Sequence record: NC_019526.1
Length of the DNA stretch: 64,000 nucleotides
Direction: 5' to 3' (one strand)
The notes under the pieces are model-generated. The model was given only the letters and a program-made list of their open reading frames with translations. It searched no databases and had not been told where the DNA came from. The position numbers and the translations under genes were made by a program. This document shows, piece by piece, positions 46,257 through 56,300 of this stretch; positions within the stretch are counted from its first letter, which is position 1; every line of letters begins with the position of its first letter.

Positions 46257-47405
46257 ATGGCTAAAAAAAGAACTCAAGAAGAAGCAAATAAATTAGTTTT
46301 TGATGCCTGTGAACGCAAAAACTACACATTTAAATCTTTTGTATATAATAACAGAAATACTAGAATTGATGTACATTGTAATGTATGTGGGTATGAATGG
46401 GATATATTGTTTGAAAATTTAACAAGAAATCCTTGTGGTTGTCCAGATTGTGCTGGATTGGTTAAACGAACACAAGAACAAGCAGAAAATGAAGTACGTC
46501 AAAAATGTAATGAAAGAAATTATAAATTTGGAAAGTTTGTTTATGTAAATAATCAAACAAAAATACCGTTAATTTGCCATTGTGGATACGAATGGGTTTC
46601 ATGTTCTTTTTCTAAATTTGTACATGGTAACAGGGGTTGTCCACGTTGCTCTAAAAAAATACAATTAACTCAAGAAGAAGCAACCAAAAAAGTGGATGCA
46701 AAATGTAAAGAGAATAATTACTTATATAAGGAATTCTCGTATATTGGAGTTGATGATACGAGACTTTTTCTTATTTGTCATTGTGGATATGATTGGAATT
46801 GTTCATTTGATAAATTTGTTAATTCAGGAACAGGCTGTCCTAAATGTGGTGGTAGATTGCAATTAACTCAAGAAGAAGCCGAAGAACGAGTATTATCTAA
46901 ATGCAAAGAGCATAATTATACATATAAACCATTTTGTTATCTAACCAATGAAACAAAAATATCTTTGATTTGTCATTGTGGATATGAATGGGATTGTAGG
47001 TATTCATTGTTTGTAATGCCAAACGGAACTGGTTGTCCAAAATGTTCTCATAATGATGGACAGTTATATTCATATATACATTCAATAACAGATGATGACG
47101 GTAATTTAATTTCTGTAAAATATGGGATAGAAACCACAATCAATAGTAGGAATAAAAGTCAAAATAAATTATCTAACTATAATATTTCAGTACTTAATAC
47201 TTACAAATATATTACTGTTGAACAGTGTAAAAATGCAGAAAAAGAATGTATTAAATTATTCCAAAAAGAAAACAAAGAACTTTTTGGAAGAAAGGGTTAT
47301 ATAACTAAAGAAGAAATGAGGGATGGTTGGACGGAAACCACATCTGTTTCTAATATTGAAAAAATCATTTCTATCTATGAAAAATGGGGTGGAATTAAAC
47401 AATAA
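46257..47405 (+). CDS. Homing-endonuclease-like protein (four ~66-aa Zn-ribbon repeats plus GIY-YIG/T5orf172-like domain)
   Basis: TQEEA...CHCGYEW...GCPxC x4; KYGI...RDGWTET; start moved to ATG at 46257. Confidence 0.75.
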   Translation: MAKKRTQEEANKLVFDACERKNYTFKSFVYNNRNTRIDVHCNVCGYEWDILFENLTRNPCGCPDCAGLVKRTQEQAENEVRQKCNERNYKFGKFVYVNNQTKIPLICHCGYEWVSCSFSKFVHGNRGCPRCSKKIQLTQEEATKKVDAKCKENNYLYKEFSYIGVDDTRLFLICHCGYDWNCSFDKFVNSGTGCPKCGGRLQLTQEEAEERVLSKCKEHNYTYKPFCYLTNETKISLICHCGYEWDCRYSLFVMPNGTGCPKCSHNDGQLYSYIHSITDDDGNLISVKYGIETTINSRNKSQNKLSNYNISVLNTYKYITVEQCKNAEKECIKLFQKENKELFGRKGYITKEEMRDGWTETTSVSNIEKIISIYEKWGGIKQ

Positions 47406-47869
47406 TGGCAAAACCTTGGCATTGGATAATTAAGGACGATAAGAGTAAACTTCTTGATTTGATTACATATTTCAGTACTGAAATTGATGAAGCAAAGAAG
47501 GAAGTTAAAAAGGTTGGTTCTGTTGAGAAATTAGCACAAGACTTACCTGGCTGGCATGAAACACGTTTGTCCCAATTACAAGAACTTGAAGCAGTACTGG
47601 AAACACTTGAAATAGAAATGAAACAAATACAGGCAGAAAAATTTAAATACTATCTGGAATCATATCGACGTCAGCTATCCAGTTCAGACTGTAAGAAGTA
47701 TGTTGAGGGTGATAAAGACGTGTGTGATTTGGCTGAAGTTATTAACGAAGTTGCTTTTCTACGAAATCAATACACCAGTATTATTAAATCATTAGAAATG
47801 AAAGCATTCCAATTAAACAATATTGTTAAATTGCGATGTGCTGGTTTGGAAGACATTAGACTAGATTAG
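47405..47869 (+). CDS. uvsY: Recombination mediator, UvsY-like
   Basis: YLESYRRQLSSSDCKKYVEGD...IIKSLEMKAFQLNNIVKL. Confidence 0.82.
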   Translation: MAKPWHWIIKDDKSKLLDLITYFSTEIDEAKKEVKKVGSVEKLAQDLPGWHETRLSQLQELEAVLETLEIEMKQIQAEKFKYYLESYRRQLSSSDCKKYVEGDKDVCDLAEVINEVAFLRNQYTSIIKSLEMKAFQLNNIVKLRCAGLEDIRLD

Positions 47870-47914
47870 AAAAAAGGACGCTTATGCGTCCTTTTATACG
47901 TTATAGGGAAATAT

Positions 47915-48736
47915 ATGACAAATAAACTTGAAGAATTTGTGAATTCTATTGCAGTACTGGATACTGAAACCAATGGTATTCTTGAAACCGATGAAATTAT
48001 AGAATTTAGTATTTCATTTCCAGAATCATTGAATGATTCTATTGATAATATAATGAATTACACCAATCGTTATAAACCACAAAAAGAAGTGCCAGCTATA
48101 GCAAGTTCAGTTCATTTTATTACAAATGAAGATTTGGAAAGTTGTGGAACTTATGATTCTGAATTACCAACAATTGATGCATTAATGGGAAGTCGTCAAT
48201 ATTATGTTGGTCACAATGTACAGTTTGATCGTAGAATGATGCGTCAATGTGAAGATAAATATCGCAGTGAACCTTCTCAATATCTATATAAAGATAATTG
48301 GATTTGCACTTTACGATTAGCCAAAAAACTTCATGCAGAAGATTCTGATTACGATAATATGACTCTAAGTTACTTATGGTTTAAACTTGGGTGTTATAAG
48401 GGGCATCGTAAAGTAGAAGCACATAGTGCACGTGATGATGTTTTTATGTGTTACTCGGTGCTAATTAAATTAGTTGAAGAATGCATTTCACTTGGAATCA
48501 TTGATCCAAATAATGATATTGGATCTCAAATTATTCAGTACTGTAATACTCCTATTATCTATGAAAAAGTAACATTTGGTAAACACAAAGGAATGGATTT
48601 TTCTGAATTACCAATGGATTACCTTATGTGGATGATTACAAATAGTGACATTTTAAATACTGACAAAGAAGATTGTGATATGGATTTGGTGGCAACTTTT
48701 GAGTACGAATATAACAGAAGGACAAACGCCAATTAA
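47915..48736 (+). CDS. DEDDh 3'-5' exonuclease (DnaQ/ExoX-like)
   Basis: LDTET, VGHNVQFD, AHSARDD, C-terminal FGKHKG...LPMDYLMW. Confidence 0.9.
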   Translation: MTNKLEEFVNSIAVLDTETNGILETDEIIEFSISFPESLNDSIDNIMNYTNRYKPQKEVPAIASSVHFITNEDLESCGTYDSELPTIDALMGSRQYYVGHNVQFDRRMMRQCEDKYRSEPSQYLYKDNWICTLRLAKKLHAEDSDYDNMTLSYLWFKLGCYKGHRKVEAHSARDDVFMCYSVLIKLVEECISLGIIDPNNDIGSQIIQYCNTPIIYEKVTFGKHKGMDFSELPMDYLMWMITNSDILNTDKEDCDMDLVATFEYEYNRRTNAN

Positions 48737-48753
48737 TAACAAGGAAGATATAA

Positions 48754-50289
48754 ATGGAAATACCAAAAGTAGGAACAGGAACGTTCAGACCAAAGGCCAA
48801 AAAAGGTACTTCGTGCAAATTGATTATTCAAGATGAGGTTAATTGTAAGTTCGAAGGGTTAGATCCTTCCTTGCGTTCATTATTGATAAAAGAAGTATCA
48901 TATATTTTACCATATGCGAAATTCACTCCAGCAGGTAGACTTGGCCGCTGGAATGGTGAAGTGAATTTTATGAATATGGGTGGTGGTACATATTTACATA
49001 TGCTTGATAAACTTCTTCCAATATTAGATGAGTACGAAGTACAAATTGAATTAGAAGATCATAGGATTGATTATGGTTTTCAATTCGATCCGATTGATGA
49101 GAATATTTTCAGTGATGTAGTATTTCCAATTGGGCATCACATGGAAGGTAAAAGTATTATTCTTCGTGAACATCAAGTAAACTCAGTAAATGCATGTTTA
49201 GCAAATCCACATGGATTATTATTAGCAGCAACTGGAGCCGGAAAGACAATTATCTGTGCAGCGTTAGCTCGTTCAGTACAGAAATACGGTCGTTCAGTAA
49301 TTGTTGTCCCTAGCACTGATTTAGTTCAACAGACATATAATGATTATGTTATGATGGGACTTGATACTGGGATGTTTTGTGGTGCTCAAAAGGATTTCGG
49401 TCATCAACATACTATTACTACATGGCAATCATTTAACTCCTTGTGGAAAAAAACCAAGAAGGGTGAAATAGAATTAACAGAGCAAGATGTTCATGATTTT
49501 ATTGATGGTGTTGTTTGTGTTATTGTTGATGAAGTACAAACAGCCAGAGGTGATGCATTATCTAATCTATTATCAAAAGTAATGCAGAATGTTCCTTTGC
49601 GTTGGGGTTTAACTGGAACGATTCCAAAAGATCAAATTGAAGCGGCCAGAATTAAATGTAATCTTGGTAATGTGATTTATACTGTTACATCAAAAGAATT
49701 ACAAGATAAAAAGATACTAAGCACGTGTAACATTAGTTGTATAAAATTAAAAAGTTCAATGAAGTTTGAGAATTATGCCGAAGAATTAAAATTTCTAACA
49801 ACTGATAGAGAAAGAATGTCATATGTTGCTAAGCTTATTCAAGCATTATCTGAATCAGGTAATACATTAGTATTGGTTGATAGAATTGAATGTGGTAATC
49901 TTTTATGTGAATTTTTAGGTTTACCAAAATCAGAATTTGTTAAAGGTGACACAAAGAAAAAAGATCGTGAATCTTCTTATGGTGAAATTCGTTGGGCTGA
50001 TAATAAAATTCTTATTGCAACCTACGGTGTTGCTAGTACTGGAATTAGTATTTCCAGACTTTATAATGTGGTACTAGTTGAACCAGGAAAGAGTTTTATA
50101 AAAACAATCCAGAGTATAGGTCGTGGATTACGTGTGGCTGAAGACAAAGACCATGTTGAAATCATTGATATCAGTAGTTCAACAAAATACAGTGCAAAAC
50201 ATCTCAGAGAGCGTTTGGTTTATTACAAGGAAGCAAAATATCCACACAATGTCATAGAAGTAAAAGACTGGCAAAATCTCTCAGACTAA
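48754..50289 (+). CDS. uvsW: SF2 DNA helicase, UvsW-like
   Basis: AATGAGKT, IVDEVQ, GLTGT, STGISI, QSIGRGLR. Confidence 0.93.
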   Translation: MEIPKVGTGTFRPKAKKGTSCKLIIQDEVNCKFEGLDPSLRSLLIKEVSYILPYAKFTPAGRLGRWNGEVNFMNMGGGTYLHMLDKLLPILDEYEVQIELEDHRIDYGFQFDPIDENIFSDVVFPIGHHMEGKSIILREHQVNSVNACLANPHGLLLAATGAGKTIICAALARSVQKYGRSVIVVPSTDLVQQTYNDYVMMGLDTGMFCGAQKDFGHQHTITTWQSFNSLWKKTKKGEIELTEQDVHDFIDGVVCVIVDEVQTARGDALSNLLSKVMQNVPLRWGLTGTIPKDQIEAARIKCNLGNVIYTVTSKELQDKKILSTCNISCIKLKSSMKFENYAEELKFLTTDRERMSYVAKLIQALSESGNTLVLVDRIECGNLLCEFLGLPKSEFVKGDTKKKDRESSYGEIRWADNKILIATYGVASTGISISRLYNVVLVEPGKSFIKTIQSIGRGLRVAEDKDHVEIIDISSSTKYSAKHLRERLVYYKEAKYPHNVIEVKDWQNLSD

Positions 50290-50365
50290 AAAAATGGATT
50301 GAAGCTGAATGAAATTGAAAAAAATGATATAATTATTGTGTAAAATCAACAAGGAAGTAGAAATT

Positions 50366-50788
50366 ATGGAATTAAGAACTAGCATTTCTTTTATTGGTAC
50401 TGAAGATGTACTATCTAAAATCGATTATCTAATCAATGAAGAATCTCTTATTGATGATATGGTTTATTCGCTGGATTTTATCTCTGAACTGGAAACAGAA
50501 GATACTTATGTTTATCGTTGTTACAGTACTGGTGATTCGTGGGTAAACATCTATGATATTCATTCACGATTTTCTACAAATGGAATTGATAAATGTGATA
50601 TCATTTACACCAGTACTGATTCAGAGACTTATGTTGATGTGATCAGTTTGAGTGGAAATTTTGATGCTTATGTTGATTGTGATCCTGAAAAAATTCAGGA
50701 AATTTGTGAAACATATGGGCTTGAATTTTTTGGTTCAGATGAACCAGAAGAAGAATACGACGACGACGAAGAAGAGGGATATTATTGA
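50366..50788 (+). CDS. Acidic hypothetical protein
   Basis: Start at MELRTS (AAGGAAG RBS); promoter CTGAAT-N17-TATAAT upstream. Confidence 0.72.
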   Translation: MELRTSISFIGTEDVLSKIDYLINEESLIDDMVYSLDFISELETEDTYVYRCYSTGDSWVNIYDIHSRFSTNGIDKCDIIYTSTDSETYVDVISLSGNFDAYVDCDPEKIQEICETYGLEFFGSDEPEEEYDDDEEEGYY

Positions 50789-51285
50789 TGAATATTTTAA
50801 CACCAGAAAATAACGCATTTGATATGGATTTGGTATCAGATTTAATTCCCGAAGAAATGTATTGCGTACTGGATTTAAGTCCGGGTGGTGATAGTGATTT
50901 TTATTTTCGTCATATTCTCAATACTATCACATTCAACAGCAATAGTGCTGATATTCAAATTGGTAATAAAGTACTACAAGTACCTCTAAACTGGCAAATT
51001 ATGTTAGGTGATGAAGATACTGGAATGGTAGAAATGTGTACTATTGAAAACATACTTAATATGAAAGAACCAAAAGCATATGTTTTCAATCCAATTCGTT
51101 CTATGTATCCACGTTTTGAACCAGTTAAAGTACTAAGAGCATTTACTCTACCTACTAAATGGCAAATTCCAATTGTACCAAAAAAGAATTTGCTATGTGT
51201 TCCATTACAACACGGTTCTAATCCACCTTGCGTATATTTCGCAGATGAAAATGAGAAAATTCAGGATTTACATTTGGGGCTATAA
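50785..51285 (+). CDS. Conserved hypothetical protein
   Basis: 166-aa coupled ORF. Confidence 0.75.
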   Translation: MMNILTPENNAFDMDLVSDLIPEEMYCVLDLSPGGDSDFYFRHILNTITFNSNSADIQIGNKVLQVPLNWQIMLGDEDTGMVEMCTIENILNMKEPKAYVFNPIRSMYPRFEPVKVLRAFTLPTKWQIPIVPKKNLLCVPLQHGSNPPCVYFADENEKIQDLHLGL

Positions 51286-52082
51286 TGTCTGATAAAAAAG
51301 AATTACAAATTCAGGATGTATTACATCATATTGATATTGCAGATTATAAGTACTATGATACACTTAGTGATGAAGAAAAGAAAAGTTTCACGCCATATAC
51401 TGTTTTGAGATGGGTAAGTGCGTTGGACGATTCGTTATTGGTTACTTATAACGCAAAAGAGATTGAAAATGTATTCGGTAAATGGAAGGGTGGTGGTAAA
51501 GAAGCATTAAACGAGCTTGTATTAGAACTCCAGAAAGATGGAGTTGGGGTTTTGAATGTATCAAAATACTGCCATACCGAACCTTATGATTGGCGAATCA
51601 AATTTTCAGTTAAAGACAAAAATTCCAGCGAAAAATTGATTTCCACACTGAAGGATTTTGGAATTAAATCATATGAGATTCTCCAACTGGAAAATAGTGA
51701 TGTACTAAAATATCAATTAATCTTTTTAAATGATATGGTTAACGATGGATTTTGGGAAATGAAAGACCATCCTGATTTAGTGTATCAATTGATGTGTTCG
51801 GTTCAGGATATGGTTGGTGCTGAACCTAAAGTACATAACTGGATCCCGTTTACTAAAGGTTTGAAGAATGTTAGTACTGAATTATTCAATATCATTAAAC
51901 AAACCCAACCCGAATTAACACGAGAAAATATAAACGAGCTTGAATATAAAATTCTCCTTTTATCTTACTCTAAAGAATCTTTTAAAGAACTACTTGATGA
52001 TTTTGGATATCAGGAGAGTGAAGTTAAAAAATTGTTAAAAACATTTAAAGAAGAATGTTCGAAATATGGCAAAGAGATCTAG
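51285..52082 (+). CDS. Hypothetical protein; N-terminus weakly reminiscent of a clamp-loader small subunit
   Basis: YDTLSDEEKKSFTPYTVLRWVS; functional call is weak. Confidence 0.65.
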   Translation: MSDKKELQIQDVLHHIDIADYKYYDTLSDEEKKSFTPYTVLRWVSALDDSLLVTYNAKEIENVFGKWKGGGKEALNELVLELQKDGVGVLNVSKYCHTEPYDWRIKFSVKDKNSSEKLISTLKDFGIKSYEILQLENSDVLKYQLIFLNDMVNDGFWEMKDHPDLVYQLMCSVQDMVGAEPKVHNWIPFTKGLKNVSTELFNIIKQTQPELTRENINELEYKILLLSYSKESFKELLDDFGYQESEVKKLLKTFKEECSKYGKEI

Positions 52083-52812
52083 TACAGGGGGAATAAAAAC
52101 CCCTATCAAGAAAATTAAAAAAGAAGAATATGTATGTTATTTCTGTGATAAAAAATTTAAAAGAGAAAATACTATACTAACGCATAAATGTATTAAACGT
52201 GACCGATATAATGATCGAGAAAGTCGTTTAATGCGAGAAGCATTAAGAATATATCTTTTGTTTATGAAAATAAATCATTTACCACTAAAGAAAGATGTTG
52301 AACCACTAATGTATTTTATCAAATCTTTGTATTTTAATGACTTCTATGATTTCGCTAATTACATTCTAAATAATGATATACTTGAAAAAGAAAGATTTTT
52401 GAATCACATTATGACTAGTGGTATGTCAGTGCAGAAATGGACTACCCATGCAGTACTTGAAGAGTGGGTTCTTCATGTATTAAAATATGAACATCCAGAA
52501 CGTGGTGTAGAACGTTCTATTATGGCAATAGTCGAATGGTCTGAATTGACGTCAAATGAATGGACTACATTTTTTGATAATGTTTCTCCTGCTCGTTTTA
52601 TTGCATGGGTAGAAAGTGGTAAAATATCTCCATGGTTATTATGGACTGTTCCACCGGAAGTGCTTAGAAAAATAACAGACCGACTTAGTGATTCTGAGCT
52701 TGAATATATAGTCAAATATATTGATCCTACTTATTATCAAATAAAAAGTATAAATCCTTATCAAGTATCAGTGCAAAAATTAAAAACTATATTACAAGAT
52801 TCGGGATTTTAA
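52066..52812 (+). CDS. Hypothetical protein with an N-terminal C2H2/C2HC-type zinc finger
   Basis: YVCYFCDKKFKRENTILTHKC. Confidence 0.72.
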   Translation: MAKRSSTGGIKTPIKKIKKEEYVCYFCDKKFKRENTILTHKCIKRDRYNDRESRLMREALRIYLLFMKINHLPLKKDVEPLMYFIKSLYFNDFYDFANYILNNDILEKERFLNHIMTSGMSVQKWTTHAVLEEWVLHVLKYEHPERGVERSIMAIVEWSELTSNEWTTFFDNVSPARFIAWVESGKISPWLLWTVPPEVLRKITDRLSDSELEYIVKYIDPTYYQIKSINPYQVSVQKLKTILQDSGF

Positions 52813-52815
52813 AAT

Positions 52816-53181
52816 ATGAGTATATATAAACAAACTATCAATGAAGGTAAAATTGATAATCTCTATCACAGAAATGTAACTAAACCAGAAGTACAGAGTA
52901 TTAAAAAATCATCTGAACTTAAATTGCTCAGAAGTGGAAGTGTAACTGAAATAACACTGGATGATAAAACATTTCAGGTTTATGATGCACATAAGATTCA
53001 TAATATTATTACGTTCGTTGAACGACATGAAGATAGTATATTCAATTTAAGACAAGATAATAATAATCTTAAAAAACAAATACAAATACTATCAAAGAAT
53101 ATTCAAACATTACAAAGTACTGTTACAAAATTACAGGAACAATTAAAAAATGCAGGATTCAGTTCAAACAACTACTTATAA
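52816..53181 (+). CDS. Hypothetical coiled-coil protein
   Basis: 121 aa, C-terminal heptads. Confidence 0.7.
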   Translation: MSIYKQTINEGKIDNLYHRNVTKPEVQSIKKSSELKLLRSGSVTEITLDDKTFQVYDAHKIHNIITFVERHEDSIFNLRQDNNNLKKQIQILSKNIQTLQSTVTKLQEQLKNAGFSSNNYL

Positions 53182-53791
53182 AAAAGCAAGAACCGACATT
53201 GACATTGATGTAAAAGATGCAAAAGAAGTAATAAGTATTCTTCCTTGTACAAGGAGTACTGAAAAAATTAATGAAAGTGGGTTAATCGTTCATAATAGTG
53301 GAGTTCATTTTGATAATATTCCTGTTGATCCTGTTACTGGGTATAGTAGTATTGAATATAAAAAAGCCGAACAATTAGGGTATCAAAAAGTTGATATCCT
53401 TTCTAATTCGGCTTATAAGTACGTGAGAGACCGAGAACATTTAATTGAACTCGTTAATAAAGAACCACAATGGGATTTATTGCTGATACCAGAAATAGTA
53501 GAAGAATTGTCACATATTAAAAAACACATTTCACTTCTTAATGTATGGAAACCACAAAGCATAGATGAACTGGCAATGTTTATTGCCATGATTCGTCCGG
53601 GGAAATACAAATGCCAAAGTATGAATTCATGGGATGAAGTACGTAAAGAAATATGGGATTACAGTACAGTACCAGTGCAGGCAGATGGTAAAAAGGTAAT
53701 GTATTTCAAAAAACCACATGCTTACGCGTATAGTTTTATGATTGTGGTGCAATTGAACGCATTAGTTGAACACATTATGTCCTCTTCTTGA
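53150..53791 (+). CDS. Miniature DNA polymerase III alpha (DnaE)-like catalytic domain
   Basis: DIDID, HNSGV, KVDIL, AMIRPG, KKPHAYAY correspond to DnaE palm/thumb/finger motifs. Confidence 0.8.
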   Translation: MQDSVQTTTYKKARTDIDIDVKDAKEVISILPCTRSTEKINESGLIVHNSGVHFDNIPVDPVTGYSSIEYKKAEQLGYQKVDILSNSAYKYVRDREHLIELVNKEPQWDLLLIPEIVEELSHIKKHISLLNVWKPQSIDELAMFIAMIRPGKYKCQSMNSWDEVRKEIWDYSTVPVQADGKKVMYFKKPHAYAYSFMIVVQLNALVEHIMSSS

Positions 53792-54131
53792 GGGCAACAT
53801 TTCTTCGTTTAATTCGTTTTTGCGGTAAATCACTTAAAGATGTTTGTGGTCCACTGATGAATTTAATTTGTGGTGTATCGAAACGCTTAGTATAGTTTTC
53901 AAATTTTTCCATTTCTTCCTGGAAAAATAAACATACTGGAATCAGCCTATTACTCTGAAACCACCAGTCCTCTGCTAACTGGAGTATTTCCTCTCTTTCT
54001 TTTTTAGACATAAGATCCAAGCAATAGAGTGTTGTGTATTTGGTACTCTTTATTTTAATTATCCCAATGTAGGTATTTTCGTTGTGGTCGAGTACTGTAA
54101 TGTATTCGGGAAATGCTTGGTATTGATTCAT
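53775..54131 (-). CDS. Hypothetical late protein
   Basis: 118 aa, GGAAG RBS, TATAAATA on the minus strand at 54170-54177. Confidence 0.72.
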   Translation of the reverse strand: MNQYQAFPEYITVLDHNENTYIGIIKIKSTKYTTLYCLDLMSKKEREEILQLAEDWWFQSNRLIPVCLFFQEEMEKFENYTKRFDTPQIKFISGPQTSLSDLPQKRIKRRNVALKKRT

Positions 54132-54191
54132 ATCACTTCCATAAATATTATATAGGTTTTAGTATTAAGTATTTATAGAAGGAAAATATTA

Positions 54192-55169
54192 ATGTCTCAT
54201 AGTGGCGTATATATGTACCCATATAATCAGGAAGTATCATTAGGAAATTTCAATATGCCATTTCATAATGAGAAAATTGTTATATACAGAGGTGCGAATA
54301 ATAATTTATCCTTTACAATCCATAATGCTGATGGAAAATATACAAAAATAAAAGACAATGAATATTTGACATTCATGATCTTCGATGCAAGAAATAATAG
54401 TATTTTATTTAATACTGTACTTGATAAACAAATTCCATCGTGGTTATCTGAGAGTGGTCAGGCACGACAATCACTTGGTAATAAAGAAAAAGTTTATTAT
54501 GGTTGTGTTGTTCCTGCTGGTGTTATTCAGGATACTAGTCCAGGTTTAAAATATCGATGGAGTATTGTCAAAACTACTATTGATGGTTCTCTTCTTGAAC
54601 CCACTCAATATTTGTATACTGGACTTGATTATGAAGCATATGGTGAATTACAAATTTCAGATAAAGCTGCACCTGTGTTTGTCCCCAGTACTGAAGTTTC
54701 TAAGGATAAAAATTCTTCATGGAAGTCTATCAAAGATAGTTACAGAGAAGTTATCAGTGATTCTTTAAAAGGTGAATATGATGTAATGTGTACTTCTCCA
54801 TTAGCAGCACAAATGCAATATGGGTTAGTTGATGGATTGAGTACAATTGCACTTTATACTGATAATTTTATTGGAAGAATACAATTACAAGGTTCACTTG
54901 AAAATAATGTACCGTCTGATGCAGAGAATTACAAATGGTTTATTATTAAATTAGATTCAAGTGAATACATTCAAAATAGTATAGATGAAAATGGATTCAT
55001 TATTCCTATGAATGGAATACAGACATTTAATTTCAAAGGCAATTATATGTGGTTAAGAGTTGTGGTATGTATTCCACCAATCGAGTATACTGTTCCTTAT
55101 GATTATAATACTGTGCGTAAAGAATACGATCCATTAAAAACACTTCCAAAAATATTGATTCGTCGATAA
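54192..55169 (+). CDS. Probable structural protein
   Basis: 325 aa, beta-rich, late-type CATAAATA at 54140-54147. Confidence 0.7.
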   Translation: MSHSGVYMYPYNQEVSLGNFNMPFHNEKIVIYRGANNNLSFTIHNADGKYTKIKDNEYLTFMIFDARNNSILFNTVLDKQIPSWLSESGQARQSLGNKEKVYYGCVVPAGVIQDTSPGLKYRWSIVKTTIDGSLLEPTQYLYTGLDYEAYGELQISDKAAPVFVPSTEVSKDKNSSWKSIKDSYREVISDSLKGEYDVMCTSPLAAQMQYGLVDGLSTIALYTDNFIGRIQLQGSLENNVPSDAENYKWFIIKLDSSEYIQNSIDENGFIIPMNGIQTFNFKGNYMWLRVVVCIPPIEYTVPYDYNTVRKEYDPLKTLPKILIRR

Positions 55170-55227
55170 ATTTGAACAAAAATACCTTTTAGTGATAGAA
55201 TGTTTTTATCAAAAGAAGGAAAACGAG

Positions 55228-56286
55228 ATGAATCAAGTTCAAAATATAGTATCTCAAATTTTTAAAGACCCGGTGCCAGCGATAAACCAGTGGAAAAGAC
55301 ATAACTGTCCTGCTTGTGTTTTTCGTGGTCAGGGTCGCCCAGATACAAGAGGACGTGGAAATCATATGTTCAATGCTGATGGTGGTATTGCATATAACTG
55401 CTTTAACTGTCATTTAAAAGTGTCATGGGTTCCTGGTTTATATATGAGCAAAGATTTTAAATCTTTGCTTTCTTATTTTGGGGCTGATGAAAAAAGTATT
55501 GCATATTTAGATCTCTTCGTTAAAGAAATGGTCAATAATGAAGAATATAAAAAAGAAACACCATCCTCTAAACTATTTCAAAATTTACAAACAAGATCGT
55601 TGCCAGAGAATGCAAAAACATTTATAGAATGGGCTAATACTGAACAACCACCAAAGGAATTCATTTCAGTACTAAATTCCGTAAATTCAAGAAATCCATA
55701 TATTCTGGATTTGGACTTATACTGGAGTCCATCTAAAGAGCATCAATTATATAATAGATTTATTATACCTTATTATATGAATAATAAAATAATTGGTTAT
55801 ACTGCTCGTCATAAAGAACACAATCCCACCAAGTCATTGCGATATATAAACCAGGTCAGTACTAATATTTTATATAATTATGATTTATTAAATGATAACA
55901 GAATTAAAACGATTTTAGTTACCGAAGGACCAATTGATGCCGCATTGATGGGTGGTGTAAGTGCAAACAACTATTTTTTAACTTCTCCACAGATTGATTT
56001 ATTAAAAGCAGCACAGGAACGTGGTAAGAAAATAGTCATTGTACCTGACAGGGATAAAAATGGATTGGAAGCAGTAAATCAGGCAATTGATAATGGGTTT
56101 AGTGTTTCATTACCAAATTTTGGAACTATTAAAGATCCAACCAAATTCGGACACAGACCAATAAAAGACTTCGATGAAGCATGTGTTATATATGGAAGAA
56201 TATTTTGTTTACAATTAATACACGATTCAATACTAGATACTGAATTTTCAATCAAAACAAGAATTGCAAATTCATGGGATATATAA
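55228..56286 (+). CDS. gp61: DNA primase (gp61/DnaG-like)
   Basis: CPAC...CFNC Zn ribbon, IIPY...GYTAR, TOPRIM EGPIDA and PDRD, KDFDE; start at ATG 55228. Confidence 0.88.
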   Translation: MNQVQNIVSQIFKDPVPAINQWKRHNCPACVFRGQGRPDTRGRGNHMFNADGGIAYNCFNCHLKVSWVPGLYMSKDFKSLLSYFGADEKSIAYLDLFVKEMVNNEEYKKETPSSKLFQNLQTRSLPENAKTFIEWANTEQPPKEFISVLNSVNSRNPYILDLDLYWSPSKEHQLYNRFIIPYYMNNKIIGYTARHKEHNPTKSLRYINQVSTNILYNYDLLNDNRIKTILVTEGPIDAALMGGVSANNYFLTSPQIDLLKAAQERGKKIVIVPDRDKNGLEAVNQAIDNGFSVSLPNFGTIKDPTKFGHRPIKDFDEACVIYGRIFCLQLIHDSILDTEFSIKTRIANSWDI

Positions 56287-56300
56287 AATAAAGGAATATA

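Noticed and set aside
50785-51285. Stand-alone Hint-like domain
   Set aside because: Only a vague beta-strand resemblance; no N-terminal nucleophile, block-B His or terminal Asn.
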